Of a stretch of 64,000 bases of DNA, positions 38,188 to 46,438 are shown piece by piece. A program made the position numbers and the translations under genes. The first letter of the stretch is position 1. Every line of letters starts with the position of its first letter. Below the pieces are notes generated by a model, which saw nothing but the letters and a program-made list of their open reading frames with translations, ran no database searches and was not told the origin of the DNA. The DNA is from an uncultured virus (IMG/VR IMGVR_UViG_2061766007_004328) (taxonomy: Duplodnaviria > Heunggongvirae > Uroviricota > Caudoviricetes). The stretch is taken from IMG/VR virus record IMGVR_UViG_2061766007_004328. One strand, 5' to 3'.

Positions 38188-38444
38188 GGCGGGAAGTCTA
38201 CGAGGCGCTGAAAACGCGTCTGACGGTCAAATTCGTGAGGATTGGTGTTGCGACAATAGAATTTGACAATGAGGGATTGAATGATGGTTTTTCCTGCTTT
38301 GACGAGGGGTACATCGATATGATAAAGGTCGAACTCCGATCGAGGAGGTTCAGTCTCTGGAACGCAGCCCAGCGGGTTCATCAGATCATCCGTCGGTTCG
38401 CCCCGGATTGTGACGCCAGGCTGATTGACAATCCGTGGAAATAA
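38184..38444 (+). CDS. Hypothetical protein
   Basis: ATGA coupling. Confidence 0.55.
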   Translation: MRREVYEALKTRLTVKFVRIGVATIEFDNEGLNDGFSCFDEGYIDMIKVELRSRRFSLWNAAQRVHQIIRRFAPDCDARLIDNPWK

Positions 38445-38471
38445 GTAAATTTGTAAATCTGTTGTATTGCT

Positions 38472-38693
38472 ATGAGTGGGAAAACCAAAGCGAAGAAGTA
38501 TGTTGCGCCAGACGGGAGAGAGTACCCGTCTTACGAGGCGTATTGCAACGACCCGGATCTCGACCTCGACCTCATCCAGACGAAGCTGCTCTCCGGCGCG
38601 CGTAAGCCGCAGAACGACTTCGAGCGAAAGCTGCTGAAGGATATGCAGGCCGCTCTGAAGGAGGGGAAGTATTACGAGATTTACCCGGAGTGA
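38472..38693 (+). CDS. Hypothetical protein
   Basis: ORF. Confidence 0.55.
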   Translation: MSGKTKAKKYVAPDGREYPSYEAYCNDPDLDLDLIQTKLLSGARKPQNDFERKLLKDMQAALKEGKYYEIYPE

Positions 38694-38790
38694 TCCGGCC
38701 AACAACAGCGCTACAATCGAGCCGGGTTGAACCCACCAACCCCACCACCAACCGGGGCTTCCGCTATGAGATTCTCGGCGACTTATCGGA

Positions 38791-38828
38791 CAAGTTGGAA
38801 CCAAGTCGGGACCAAGTTGCGGACAAGT
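38791..38828 (+). repeat. Four CAAGT units at exact 11-bp period
   Basis: CAAGT at 38791, 38802, 38813, 38824. Confidence 0.65.
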
Positions 38829-38839
38829 CGAAAAATTAT

Positions 38840-38900
38840 CGTAACTCATTGAAAATAAATGCGTTAAATTTGCCTATTTCCCGTTAATTTCCTACCTTTA
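38840..38900 (+). promoter_or_regulatory. Class I repeated phage promoter
   Basis: CGTAACTCATTGAAAATAA..TTTGC..TACCTTTA. Confidence 0.7.
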
Positions 38901-38943
38901 CTATGTCAAAATAATACACCAACCATTTAGAAGTAAGTAAGTT

Positions 38944-39675
38944 ATGACGGACAGAGAAAAGCTCCTGCTCAAGACCTATGAGATCAGGAATCAAATCAAA
39001 GAACTGAAGGGCGAAGAGCTCTTCGACATCGAATCCTTCGCCGGCAGCTGGACATTCCGCAGCGATGCGAAGAAAGAAACGGTCGCAAGCCTCCAGCAGA
39101 AAATCGAGAACCTGACACGGGAGCTCGAGGCGGCAAAGAAGGCGAAGGCCCTCAAGGACAAGATCGACGCTTACCTGTCAACGGAGGAAGGCAAGCAGAG
39201 GATGGCCACCCTGGAGGAGCAGAAAGCCCTCGAGCTGGCGGTCTTCAGAAACTACCGGGACGAGAGCTTCGCCCGGCTCAACAGATTCGCAAAGGAAGTC
39301 ATTGGTGACGGATGGGCACTCGAATCGCTCTGCGACAATTTCGTCAAGTTCTCGATCGAAGACCCCCAGCGGCGCAACGGCCGGGATTTCGTCTTCGGGC
39401 AGAGCGTAGAGGTCTATTTCGAGCAGCACAGCTTCTTCGACAGAGAGAAGGGGCGTTTCGAGATGTCAATCGGCTCCACTGGATGCTTTGACATTCAGGC
39501 CACGGAGTACGGTGACCGCTCCCGGTTCTACATTGAGGTCGGAAAGTTCCTCGGAAACGAGGTAGCCGTCCAGCAGCTGAAGGAGATGCTGTTCCTCTAC
39601 GAAGAGAATATGAACGGCATCAAGACCCGCGTCCGCAAGCTGAACGAGCAGATCAAGAACCCCCTCGCGGCATAG
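38944..39675 (+). CDS. Hypothetical coiled-coil protein
   Basis: Start motif; ORF. Confidence 0.65.
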   Translation: MTDREKLLLKTYEIRNQIKELKGEELFDIESFAGSWTFRSDAKKETVASLQQKIENLTRELEAAKKAKALKDKIDAYLSTEEGKQRMATLEEQKALELAVFRNYRDESFARLNRFAKEVIGDGWALESLCDNFVKFSIEDPQRRNGRDFVFGQSVEVYFEQHSFFDREKGRFEMSIGSTGCFDIQATEYGDRSRFYIEVGKFLGNEVAVQQLKEMLFLYEENMNGIKTRVRKLNEQIKNPLAA

Positions 39676-39698
39676 TCGAACCTTAAAAGAAGCGAGTT

Positions 39699-40484
39699 AT
39701 GGGAGAATACGCAACACGAATCAAGGACGGCGAGCGGGTCAAGCTCGGCTCCTGCGAAGATTTGTTCTACTGCCGCTGGAACCAGCGGTACGATGTCACT
39801 GATTTCCCGGGAACGATGGAGAAGCGCTTTTGGCGCCTCCCGTTCCCGGATGAAGACTACATTCCGGTAGGCGACTTCGAGGATTACGAAGGCTGGAAGA
39901 GGAACTACTATTCGGCGCTCCATCGGTCGTTCGCCGAGAAGCTGAAGGAGGAGGAGAACATAATGGCGAAGCCGGGCAGCGTCACACTACGGCACGAAGA
40001 AAGCGGCCTGCAGGTGAGAATCCCCTGCTTCCACGGAATCAAGCTGCCGGATAATATCGGCGACTGCGCGGTAACGTGGAACGGGTACTGCTTCCCCGTC
40101 AGGCTGGTAGCTGTCAAGAACTACGAGAAGGAGCTGCGGATCGTTGCTGGATGCACCGCCTGCGGGCGGATTTGGAGCTTCTCGTTCGATGAGATCCAGC
40201 AGTACATTTTGAGCTACGAGATGCGGATGCGGCTCCTCAAGAGCTGCCAGGCATACTGGAACGACACGCACCCGGATGACGAGCCGAGCGGATATGTGGT
40301 CAGTGACCAGCTGGTCAAACGGGAGAACGGCAAGATCGAGATGAAGTGGGATTCGGAAGAAGACCTGTATCAGATTCTCATTGACGGAAAGCCGAGCAAG
40401 CAAGGCCACTGGTCGGAAATGAAGCGGGTCTATCTCGAGGAGTTGATAGCCGACCGGGGCGTGAGATATGTGGATTTGAAGTAG
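39699..40484 (+). CDS. Hypothetical protein
   Basis: ORF. Confidence 0.65.
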   Translation: MGEYATRIKDGERVKLGSCEDLFYCRWNQRYDVTDFPGTMEKRFWRLPFPDEDYIPVGDFEDYEGWKRNYYSALHRSFAEKLKEEENIMAKPGSVTLRHEESGLQVRIPCFHGIKLPDNIGDCAVTWNGYCFPVRLVAVKNYEKELRIVAGCTACGRIWSFSFDEIQQYILSYEMRMRLLKSCQAYWNDTHPDDEPSGYVVSDQLVKRENGKIEMKWDSEEDLYQILIDGKPSKQGHWSEMKRVYLEELIADRGVRYVDLK

Positions 40485-40507
40485 AATTGTAACAGAGTTG
40501 TTATAAA

Positions 40508-40810
40508 ATGGAAAAGACGATGATTACCAAAGCCGATGCAGTCTCCGAGATTTCGGAGCTGCTCGGCATTAAGGAGTGGAAGCAGGAGGCCGGCGAGGAC
40601 AAGCCTGCCGGTGAACTGTCGTTCTTCGTCCGGGATGACGATAACGGCGGCGCGTCCTTCTTCGTTGACAAGCGGCATATCCCGCACGACGATGTGATCA
40701 AAAAGCTGATGAGCTATTTCGAAGACCGCGAGTTCTCCGATGACGGAGAGTGCGCCGTCTCGCCGATCGTGGCCCTATACACCGTATTTTCGATTCAAGG
40801 AAAGGAGTGA
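40508..40810 (+). CDS. Hypothetical acidic protein
   Basis: ORF. Confidence 0.55.
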   Translation: MEKTMITKADAVSEISELLGIKEWKQEAGEDKPAGELSFFVRDDDNGGASFFVDKRHIPHDDVIKKLMSYFEDREFSDDGECAVSPIVALYTVFSIQGKE

Positions 40811-40812
40811 GT

Positions 40813-41001
40813 ATGGCAGCGAAGAAGAAATACGATTTCACGATCCACGTGGAAGACCAGGGCCTGTACGAAGTGTATTTCCATATCAAGGCCGACACCG
40901 TGGCCGAGGCGAAGGAGAAGGCACGCAAGCGGTTCATCCGCGAGAACTGGAACCGGCGCCACCTGAAGGCGTACACGGTCGAGAAGAGCTACAATTTTTA
41001 A
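40813..41001 (+). CDS. Hypothetical protein
   Basis: Small operonic ORF. Confidence 0.5.
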   Translation: MAAKKKYDFTIHVEDQGLYEVYFHIKADTVAEAKEKARKRFIRENWNRRHLKAYTVEKSYNF

Positions 41002-41022
41002 CGAAATAGAGTAAGTAAGTCT

Positions 41023-41259
41023 ATGAAAGATCTGTTTTCACGAGTCCTGTCAAAGATACGAGACGGGATGAAAATTACGTTCACGCCGGACAATGTGGCA
41101 GAGGATGACAACTTTCTGCTGCTCGGCGAGAAAGGCAGTTGCACGGTCACGTTCCACACGAAGAACGTCCCCTACTGGCTGGAGTTTGACAACGACGAGC
41201 CGATGCGTCTCGAGGACGTGCCGAGCTCGTTCCTTCGTTCGATCCTTAAAAACGTGTAG
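41023..41259 (+). CDS. Hypothetical protein
   Basis: Start motif. Confidence 0.55.
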   Translation: MKDLFSRVLSKIRDGMKITFTPDNVAEDDNFLLLGEKGSCTVTFHTKNVPYWLEFDNDEPMRLEDVPSSFLRSILKNV

Positions 41260-41262
41260 GCT

Positions 41263-41505
41263 ATGAACTGTACGGAGTGTATCTCGTGGATTCCGAAGGA
41301 GAAGCGATGCGGCCGAGGAATCAAGGTGGCCATCCCAGAGAGGACGATCTGCCGGTTCTGCCTCAAGCATACTGTGGTCCAGTTCGGAGAAAAGGGTGGC
41401 GGAGAGCGGCACTACCTGACGAACGCCGCCGGACGGTCGTTCGACATCACGGATCAGATAATTAAGAAAGCGAAGAAGGAGGAAGACGATGAAGCTAAGA
41501 AATAG
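41263..41505 (+). CDS. Small Cys-containing hypothetical protein
   Basis: CxxC motifs. Confidence 0.5.
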   Translation: MNCTECISWIPKEKRCGRGIKVAIPERTICRFCLKHTVVQFGEKGGGERHYLTNAAGRSFDITDQIIKKAKKEEDDEAKK

Positions 41506-41818
41506 GATTACGGGCGAGGTTTTCGAGGCGGAGAGATTTACATCAGATTACGTCACTGTCGTCCGGCGCAATGAGAGGGGCGAGATGACAAAGGAAGTCT
41601 ATCGACCGGGAGTTATCGAGCCGGTCTTTATGTATGACCGTGACGCATTCATCCGCGAAACGGCGAAGGCGTGTCTCGCCGGACTGATGGCCAACACGAA
41701 CTGCCCCGTGTCGAGCGGGGCCGAAATGATGGCCGGGCTTGCGCTGACCGCGGCCCGGTGTCTTGCGGATCAGATCGATGCTGCGTCCGCGAAAGAGAAT
41801 GAAGCCGCCAGGCAGTAG
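41489..41818 (+). CDS. Hypothetical protein
   Basis: Overlap-coupled ORF. Confidence 0.55.
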   Translation: MKLRNRITGEVFEAERFTSDYVTVVRRNERGEMTKEVYRPGVIEPVFMYDRDAFIRETAKACLAGLMANTNCPVSSGAEMMAGLALTAARCLADQIDAASAKENEAARQ

Positions 41819-41913
41819 GCGGCGACGGTACCTCCGGGACTTGCTTCCGTTGGTTATTATTTTGGCAGGAGGCTCGCTGTGGTGGCGGGCCTCCATTTTT
41901 TGCGAAAAATTTG

Positions 41914-41974
41914 CATAAATCATTGATATTCAGTGCGTTATATTTGCATATATTCGTACTTTTTCCTACCTTTA
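41914..41974 (+). promoter_or_regulatory. Class I repeated phage promoter
   Basis: CATAAATCATTGATATTCA..TTTGC..TACCTTTA. Confidence 0.7.
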
Positions 41975-42049
41975 CAATACCAAAGGAAACACCCAAACCC
42001 CAACGGAGTGAAGGGTGAGACGCCAAAAAGTAACCAAGTAAGTAAGTTT

Positions 42050-42244
42050 ATGGAAAAGATGTTGAACAAGACGATGGAGGTGATTGGAATCATCCTCTTC
42101 GTAGCAGCGATCGCGGCTTTCATCGCCGCCTTCGTCAGAAAGCAGGGCTACCTGTTCTTCGTAGCCATCGTAAGTTGGGAGCTCGGCAAAGCAGTCGTGG
42201 CCTCCAGCAAGGTTGAACCCAAAGCAGAGGAGGAGTCGAAATGA
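42050..42244 (+). CDS. Small membrane protein
   Basis: Start motif; hydrophobic segments. Confidence 0.55.
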   Translation: MEKMLNKTMEVIGIILFVAAIAAFIAAFVRKQGYLFFVAIVSWELGKAVVASSKVEPKAEEESK

Positions 42245-42864
42245 GCACCACGGTCTATTCGATGGCTCTGATTCAGGGCAAGCTCGGAGAGGTAAAGATT
42301 ACTTGCGAGATGACAAGTGGCATCGGCATCCACGTGGTCGGGTTGTTCGATTCCCAGGTCAAGGAGAGCCTGCTGCGGGTCATAACCGCAATGCAGGCGG
42401 GCGGGNNNNNNNNNNNNNNNNNNNNNNNNNNNNNNNNNNNNNNNNNCGAGCCGAGAATCCCGAAGCGCTGGGATGTCAAGGGGTCGCAGCTGGATCTTCC
42501 GATAGCCGTGGCCATACTGGCGGAGAGCGGACAGGCTGAGCTGAACGGCTTTACCCTTCCGATGTTCTGCATCCTCGGAGAGTTGTCCCTGGACGGTCAG
42601 GTTCGGGACTTCAGCGGCCTTTCCGGATTCGAGATTATCAAGGAAGGCCGGCGGGCGTTCTCCGACATCGTGCTCCCGGTAGAGAAGGCAAAGGAGGCGG
42701 TGTCGCTGATGTCCGACACGATGTTCGTCCCCAAGACGCTGAAGGAGGTCATTGAGCTGCTGAAATCGACGGACGAAGAAGAACAGAGGTTTTCGTTCTG
42801 GAAGTCGGCGGAATGGCGGGAGCTGTTCGGACGCCTTTCGGAGATGAACGATTGGAGCAAGTAG
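42241..42864 (+). CDS. Stand-alone N-terminal domain of the ComM/YifB Mg-chelatase-like family
   Basis: VVGLFDSQVKESLLRV, KGSQLDLPIAVAIL, LGELSLDGQVR; no AAA+ domain; spans an N gap. Confidence 0.7.
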   Translation: MSTTVYSMALIQGKLGEVKITCEMTSGIGIHVVGLFDSQVKESLLRVITAMQAGGXXXXXXXXXXXXXXEPRIPKRWDVKGSQLDLPIAVAILAESGQAELNGFTLPMFCILGELSLDGQVRDFSGLSGFEIIKEGRRAFSDIVLPVEKAKEAVSLMSDTMFVPKTLKEVIELLKSTDEEEQRFSFWKSAEWRELFGRLSEMNDWSK

Positions 42865-42868
42865 TGTT

Positions 42869-43321
42869 ATGAAGACCTACAAGTTCACGATCCAGCGGAG
42901 GGTCATCGGGGATGGCGCTCCCGTGAAGGCGGTCAATCCCGAGACCGTTGTCCGATACCTGATGAAGAATTGTTTCAAGACGGAAGAGATGTTCCGGGAG
43001 AACTGCTGGCTGCTGCTTTTGGACAGAGGTCAGCAGATAGTAGGAACGCACCACCTGTCGATGGGCGGCATCGGATTCACCGCGATTGACATCAAGATAG
43101 CTTGTAAGGCGGCGATCGATACGCTGGCTTCCGGCGTAATCCTCGCCCACAACCACCCGTCAGGAAACCCGATGCCGGGAAACCTCGACAGGGATGCTAC
43201 GAAGCATCTCAAGAAGGCTCTCCGCATCTTCGACATAGAACTGATCGACAGCATCATCGTCACGGACGAGAAGTATTTCAGCTTCGAGGACGAGGTTGTC
43301 AAAGCAATGCCGGAGGAATGA
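42869..43321 (+). CDS. RadC-like JAB domain protein
   Basis: ILAHNHPSGNPMP..D..LIDSIIV. Confidence 0.85.
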   Translation: MKTYKFTIQRRVIGDGAPVKAVNPETVVRYLMKNCFKTEEMFRENCWLLLLDRGQQIVGTHHLSMGGIGFTAIDIKIACKAAIDTLASGVILAHNHPSGNPMPGNLDRDATKHLKKALRIFDIELIDSIIVTDEKYFSFEDEVVKAMPEE

Positions 43322-44382
43322 GTATGGCCTGGACGTTCACGATTCACTACAAGAGCCAGAAGTCGGAGCATAACGAGTTCGTCTGTAATGCGGCCGACGC
43401 GGAAAAGGCGGTCGAGAAACTGAAGGCTACATACCCGGACCTGAAGGTGACGGTCACGAAGATCTCGCAGAAGAAATGCAAGAGCGTCTATCAGATCGTC
43501 ACCGATCGGGTGCTGGAGGAGATGAAGAAGGGTGTCATCCCGTGGCAGCGGCCCTGGCACGGAATTATGGACGGAGCCGTTTCCTACGAGACTCTCCGCC
43601 CCTACTCGTTCCTGAACCAGCTGCTGCTCGGAAAGCCTGGCGAGTGGCTCACGTGGAACTATATCCACCAGCACGGCGGAAGCGTCAAGAAAGGTGCGAA
43701 GTCCGGCTTGATCACGTTCTGGAAGACCTACGTGGCCGGACGGGACGAAGATGAGACCGCGGAAGAGGAGAAGGACGGCAAGGCGCCGGAGAAGCGGTGG
43801 GTGCTGCGGTACTATCGCGCGTATCATATAGAAGATGTTGTCGGCATCGAAAGCAAGCTGGCCAAGATAGCCAAGGCCGACCGTCAGGTAGAGCCGATAG
43901 ATGCGGCAGACAAGGTGGTGCAGGGATATATCGGTCGGAACCGTCCGCTCAGGCTGGAGGTGGAGGCCAGTAACCGGGCCTGCTATTCCCCGTCAAGGGA
44001 CGTGGTAACCGTCCCGCTGCTGGAGCAATTCGACCTCCCGGAGCAGTTCTACGGGACGCTGTTCCACGAACTCGGTCACAGTACAGGTCATCCCAGCCGG
44101 CTCAACCGAAACGACGGGATGAAGGGCCACTTCGGAGATTCGGACTACGCCAAGGAGGAACTCGTAGCGGAGCTGACCTCGGCTATGGTCTGCGACCACC
44201 TCGAACTGGACTGCGAGAAGGCGTTCAAGAACACGGTCGCCTATCTACAGAACTGGATGCAGGCCCTCGAGAACGACGAGCGGCTGATCGTCTTTGCGGC
44301 TTCCAGGGCGGAGGCCGCTGCGAAGTACATTCTCAACATTAAAGAAACGGGCGAAGGAGGCCCGGATAGCAATGGAAACTGA
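43318..44382 (+). CDS. ArdC-like antirestriction ssDNA-binding/zincin protein
   Basis: VYQIVTDRVL..PWQRPW, LFHELGHSTGH, YAKEELVAE, AASRAEAA. Confidence 0.85.
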   Translation: MSMAWTFTIHYKSQKSEHNEFVCNAADAEKAVEKLKATYPDLKVTVTKISQKKCKSVYQIVTDRVLEEMKKGVIPWQRPWHGIMDGAVSYETLRPYSFLNQLLLGKPGEWLTWNYIHQHGGSVKKGAKSGLITFWKTYVAGRDEDETAEEEKDGKAPEKRWVLRYYRAYHIEDVVGIESKLAKIAKADRQVEPIDAADKVVQGYIGRNRPLRLEVEASNRACYSPSRDVVTVPLLEQFDLPEQFYGTLFHELGHSTGHPSRLNRNDGMKGHFGDSDYAKEELVAELTSAMVCDHLELDCEKAFKNTVAYLQNWMQALENDERLIVFAASRAEAAAKYILNIKETGEGGPDSNGN

Positions 44383-44737
44383 ATATCTGAACAGAGTTGA
44401 ACTCCGTGGCCGTGTCGGTCACGAGCCGAAAATCTTCAGCGTCGGCGACAGTAAGCTGGCGCGGTTCTCGGTAGCTACGAACGAATCGTACAGAGCCAGG
44501 AACGGCGAGCTGCGGGAAGAGGTGACGTGGCACAACGTGTCCGCTTGGGACAACCGTAAGGTGGCGCCGCTCGAGACCATCAGGAAGGGGTGTTTCGTTC
44601 ATCTCGTTGGTCGCATCCGCACCACGCGGTACACAGCAAGCGACGGAAGTGAGCGCACACTGGTCGAAATCGTGGCTGGGGAGCTCGAAGTGGTCACAGA
44701 ACCGCCGCAGTCCCAGACCGGCTCCGTAGATAGCTAA
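44372..44737 (+). CDS. ssb: Single-stranded DNA-binding protein
   Basis: LNRVELRGRVG..FSVATNESY..TWHNV..KG..GRIRT. Confidence 0.9.
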   Translation: METEYLNRVELRGRVGHEPKIFSVGDSKLARFSVATNESYRARNGELREEVTWHNVSAWDNRKVAPLETIRKGCFVHLVGRIRTTRYTASDGSERTLVEIVAGELEVVTEPPQSQTGSVDS

Positions 44738-44786
44738 AAAGCCGTTTTGCCGGACAAATTTGAAGTTGCGGCTATATTTTTTCTGC

Positions 44787-44823
44787 AAAAGCGTTGCAAA
44801 ATGCAACGCTTTTCTTATATTTG
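44787..44823 (+). promoter_or_regulatory. Class II perfect palindrome plus promoter upstream of head genes
   Basis: AAAAGCGTTGCA-AAA-TGCAACGCTTTT-CT-TATATTTG. Confidence 0.8.
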
Positions 44824-44827
44824 CATC

Positions 44828-44906
44828 GAGCCTCCCGATTCGCGGGCTAAGTCTCATAAACTTACTTCGCTGAGGCAGCCCCGGGATTTGGGGTTGCCTC
44901 AGTTAT
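44828..44906 (+). ncRNA. Candidate multi-target antisense sRNA / structured leader
   Basis: Hairpin, then GTCTCATAAACTTACTT (reverse complement of the gene start motif), then 13-bp stem CTGAGGCAGCCCC/GGGGTTGCCTCAG followed by TTAT. Confidence 0.5.
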
Positions 44907-44929
44907 AAAAACAAAAGCAAGTTACACTT

Positions 44930-45649
44930 ATGAAGACTAAAGTCCTCGAAGAATTGAAACCGAAAGCGGCGTCGCTCGGGTTCAATGATGAAGAGCTCAC
45001 CACCGCGAGCGAGAACATCGCAGGCGGGCTCAAGGAAGACGCCACCACTGAGGAGATTGCAGCGGCTGTTGACGCGGCGATCCCGTATCTGAAGCTTTCG
45101 CAGAGTGCGGCCAATCGGTCAATCGAACGGTTCAAGACGCAATTTGAGAAGGATCACCCCACGAAGACAAAAGAACAGGAGGAAGAGGAGCGCAAGGCCA
45201 AAGAAGAAGCCGAGCGCAAGAAGAAAGAGGAGGAGGAACGCCTGGCCAAGCAGGAGCCCGAGTATTTCAAGAAGTACCGGGAAGCTATGGAGAAGCGTTT
45301 CGATGCTTTGGAGAAGGAGAATGAAAGGCTCAAGTCCGAGAAGCAGGATTCCGATTTCCGCAAACGCGCGGTTACTGGTCTTGAAGGAGTTGACGAAGAC
45401 TTCTATCAGATGCTGCTCGACGGCAGGAAGTTCAAGGACAACGACGATGTTGACGCGTTCGTTGCCGACGTCAAGTCGAAGTGGGAAAAGCTGAACGAGA
45501 AGTTCGGAAAGAAGCCCCTCGCAAGTATGCGCCCGCCGAAAACCGGCACCCCTGCGGCAGATCAGCCCAGCCAGGAAGTCAAGGATCGGATCGAGCGCCG
45601 AAAGGCACAGAAAAAGGCGTCCCCGATTCGCGGGCTTGAATCAAAGTGA
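44930..45649 (+). CDS. Probable capsid scaffolding protein
   Basis: Charged coiled coil upstream of capsid genes. Confidence 0.6.
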   Translation: MKTKVLEELKPKAASLGFNDEELTTASENIAGGLKEDATTEEIAAAVDAAIPYLKLSQSAANRSIERFKTQFEKDHPTKTKEQEEEERKAKEEAERKKKEEEERLAKQEPEYFKKYREAMEKRFDALEKENERLKSEKQDSDFRKRAVTGLEGVDEDFYQMLLDGRKFKDNDDVDAFVADVKSKWEKLNEKFGKKPLASMRPPKTGTPAADQPSQEVKDRIERRKAQKKASPIRGLESK

Positions 45650-45681
45650 TGCCGCAGTATTAACCGTTTATCGTTCTAACA

Positions 45682-46419
45682 ATGAACAAGGACAATTTCA
45701 AAGTAAACGAAGAGCCCGGCAAGATGCCGGTCATCTTCGACCAGGTTTTCGCTGAGAAGGCTGGTGGTGGCATTGTGAAGAACGCGGCCTATGACCGTCA
45801 TCCCGGCCTGGCCGTTTCCGAGGACGGTGTCTGCCTGAAGGCAGCTCGTCTGGTGGAAGCAATCACCGCCGTCAGTACGACCATCAAGGTCACGAAGGAC
45901 AACGGCTTCGCTGTGAACGATTACGTCGCTACCGGCAAGGTCGCCGTCCAGATCACCGCCATCGACAAGTCCCACGCCGACTATGACATCCTGACCGCTT
46001 CGTTGGGTGTCGCTCTCCCGAAGGGCGCAGTCGTGTTCGAAGCTACCACGGCCAGTGTCGAGGCTGTCGAGGAAGTGGCCTACGGCTACTACGACGCCGA
46101 CAGCGAGACCGAAGGCGCACTCAAGGTTGTCGCCAGCTCCGCCGGTGAAGGCGAAATCGCCCTCGCCGATGTCACCCCGTACCACGGCATCAAGAATCTC
46201 GCCGCAGACGACTACGTTGTTCTGAAGAACAAGGTCGATGGCGTCGCCGGTGTCGATGCCACCCCGAAGGTCGTCCCGGCTTTCGTTCTCGGTACGTTCC
46301 TCCCGGCCAACTGCGGCGATGAGCTCGCCAAGCTGGTCAACGGCGCGAACGTTCGCAAAGAAACCGCCCTGTTCCCGGCCGAAATCGCCGATATGATGAA
46401 GGGCATCCACCTCATTTAA
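45682..46419 (+). CDS. Probable head decoration protein
   Basis: Ala/Val-rich; between scaffold and major capsid. Confidence 0.5.
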   Translation: MNKDNFKVNEEPGKMPVIFDQVFAEKAGGGIVKNAAYDRHPGLAVSEDGVCLKAARLVEAITAVSTTIKVTKDNGFAVNDYVATGKVAVQITAIDKSHADYDILTASLGVALPKGAVVFEATTASVEAVEEVAYGYYDADSETEGALKVVASSAGEGEIALADVTPYHGIKNLAADDYVVLKNKVDGVAGVDATPKVVPAFVLGTFLPANCGDELAKLVNGANVRKETALFPAEIADMMKGIHLI

Positions 46420-46438
46420 CGCATAGGAGAGAAAGACT

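Noticed and set aside
44339..44857. Minus-strand 172-aa ORF starting at an AAGTAAGTTTATG motif
   Set aside because: Runs through the promoter palindrome and antisense across ssb; no minus-strand TAnnTTTG promoter seen upstream. Kept only as the alternative to the sRNA model
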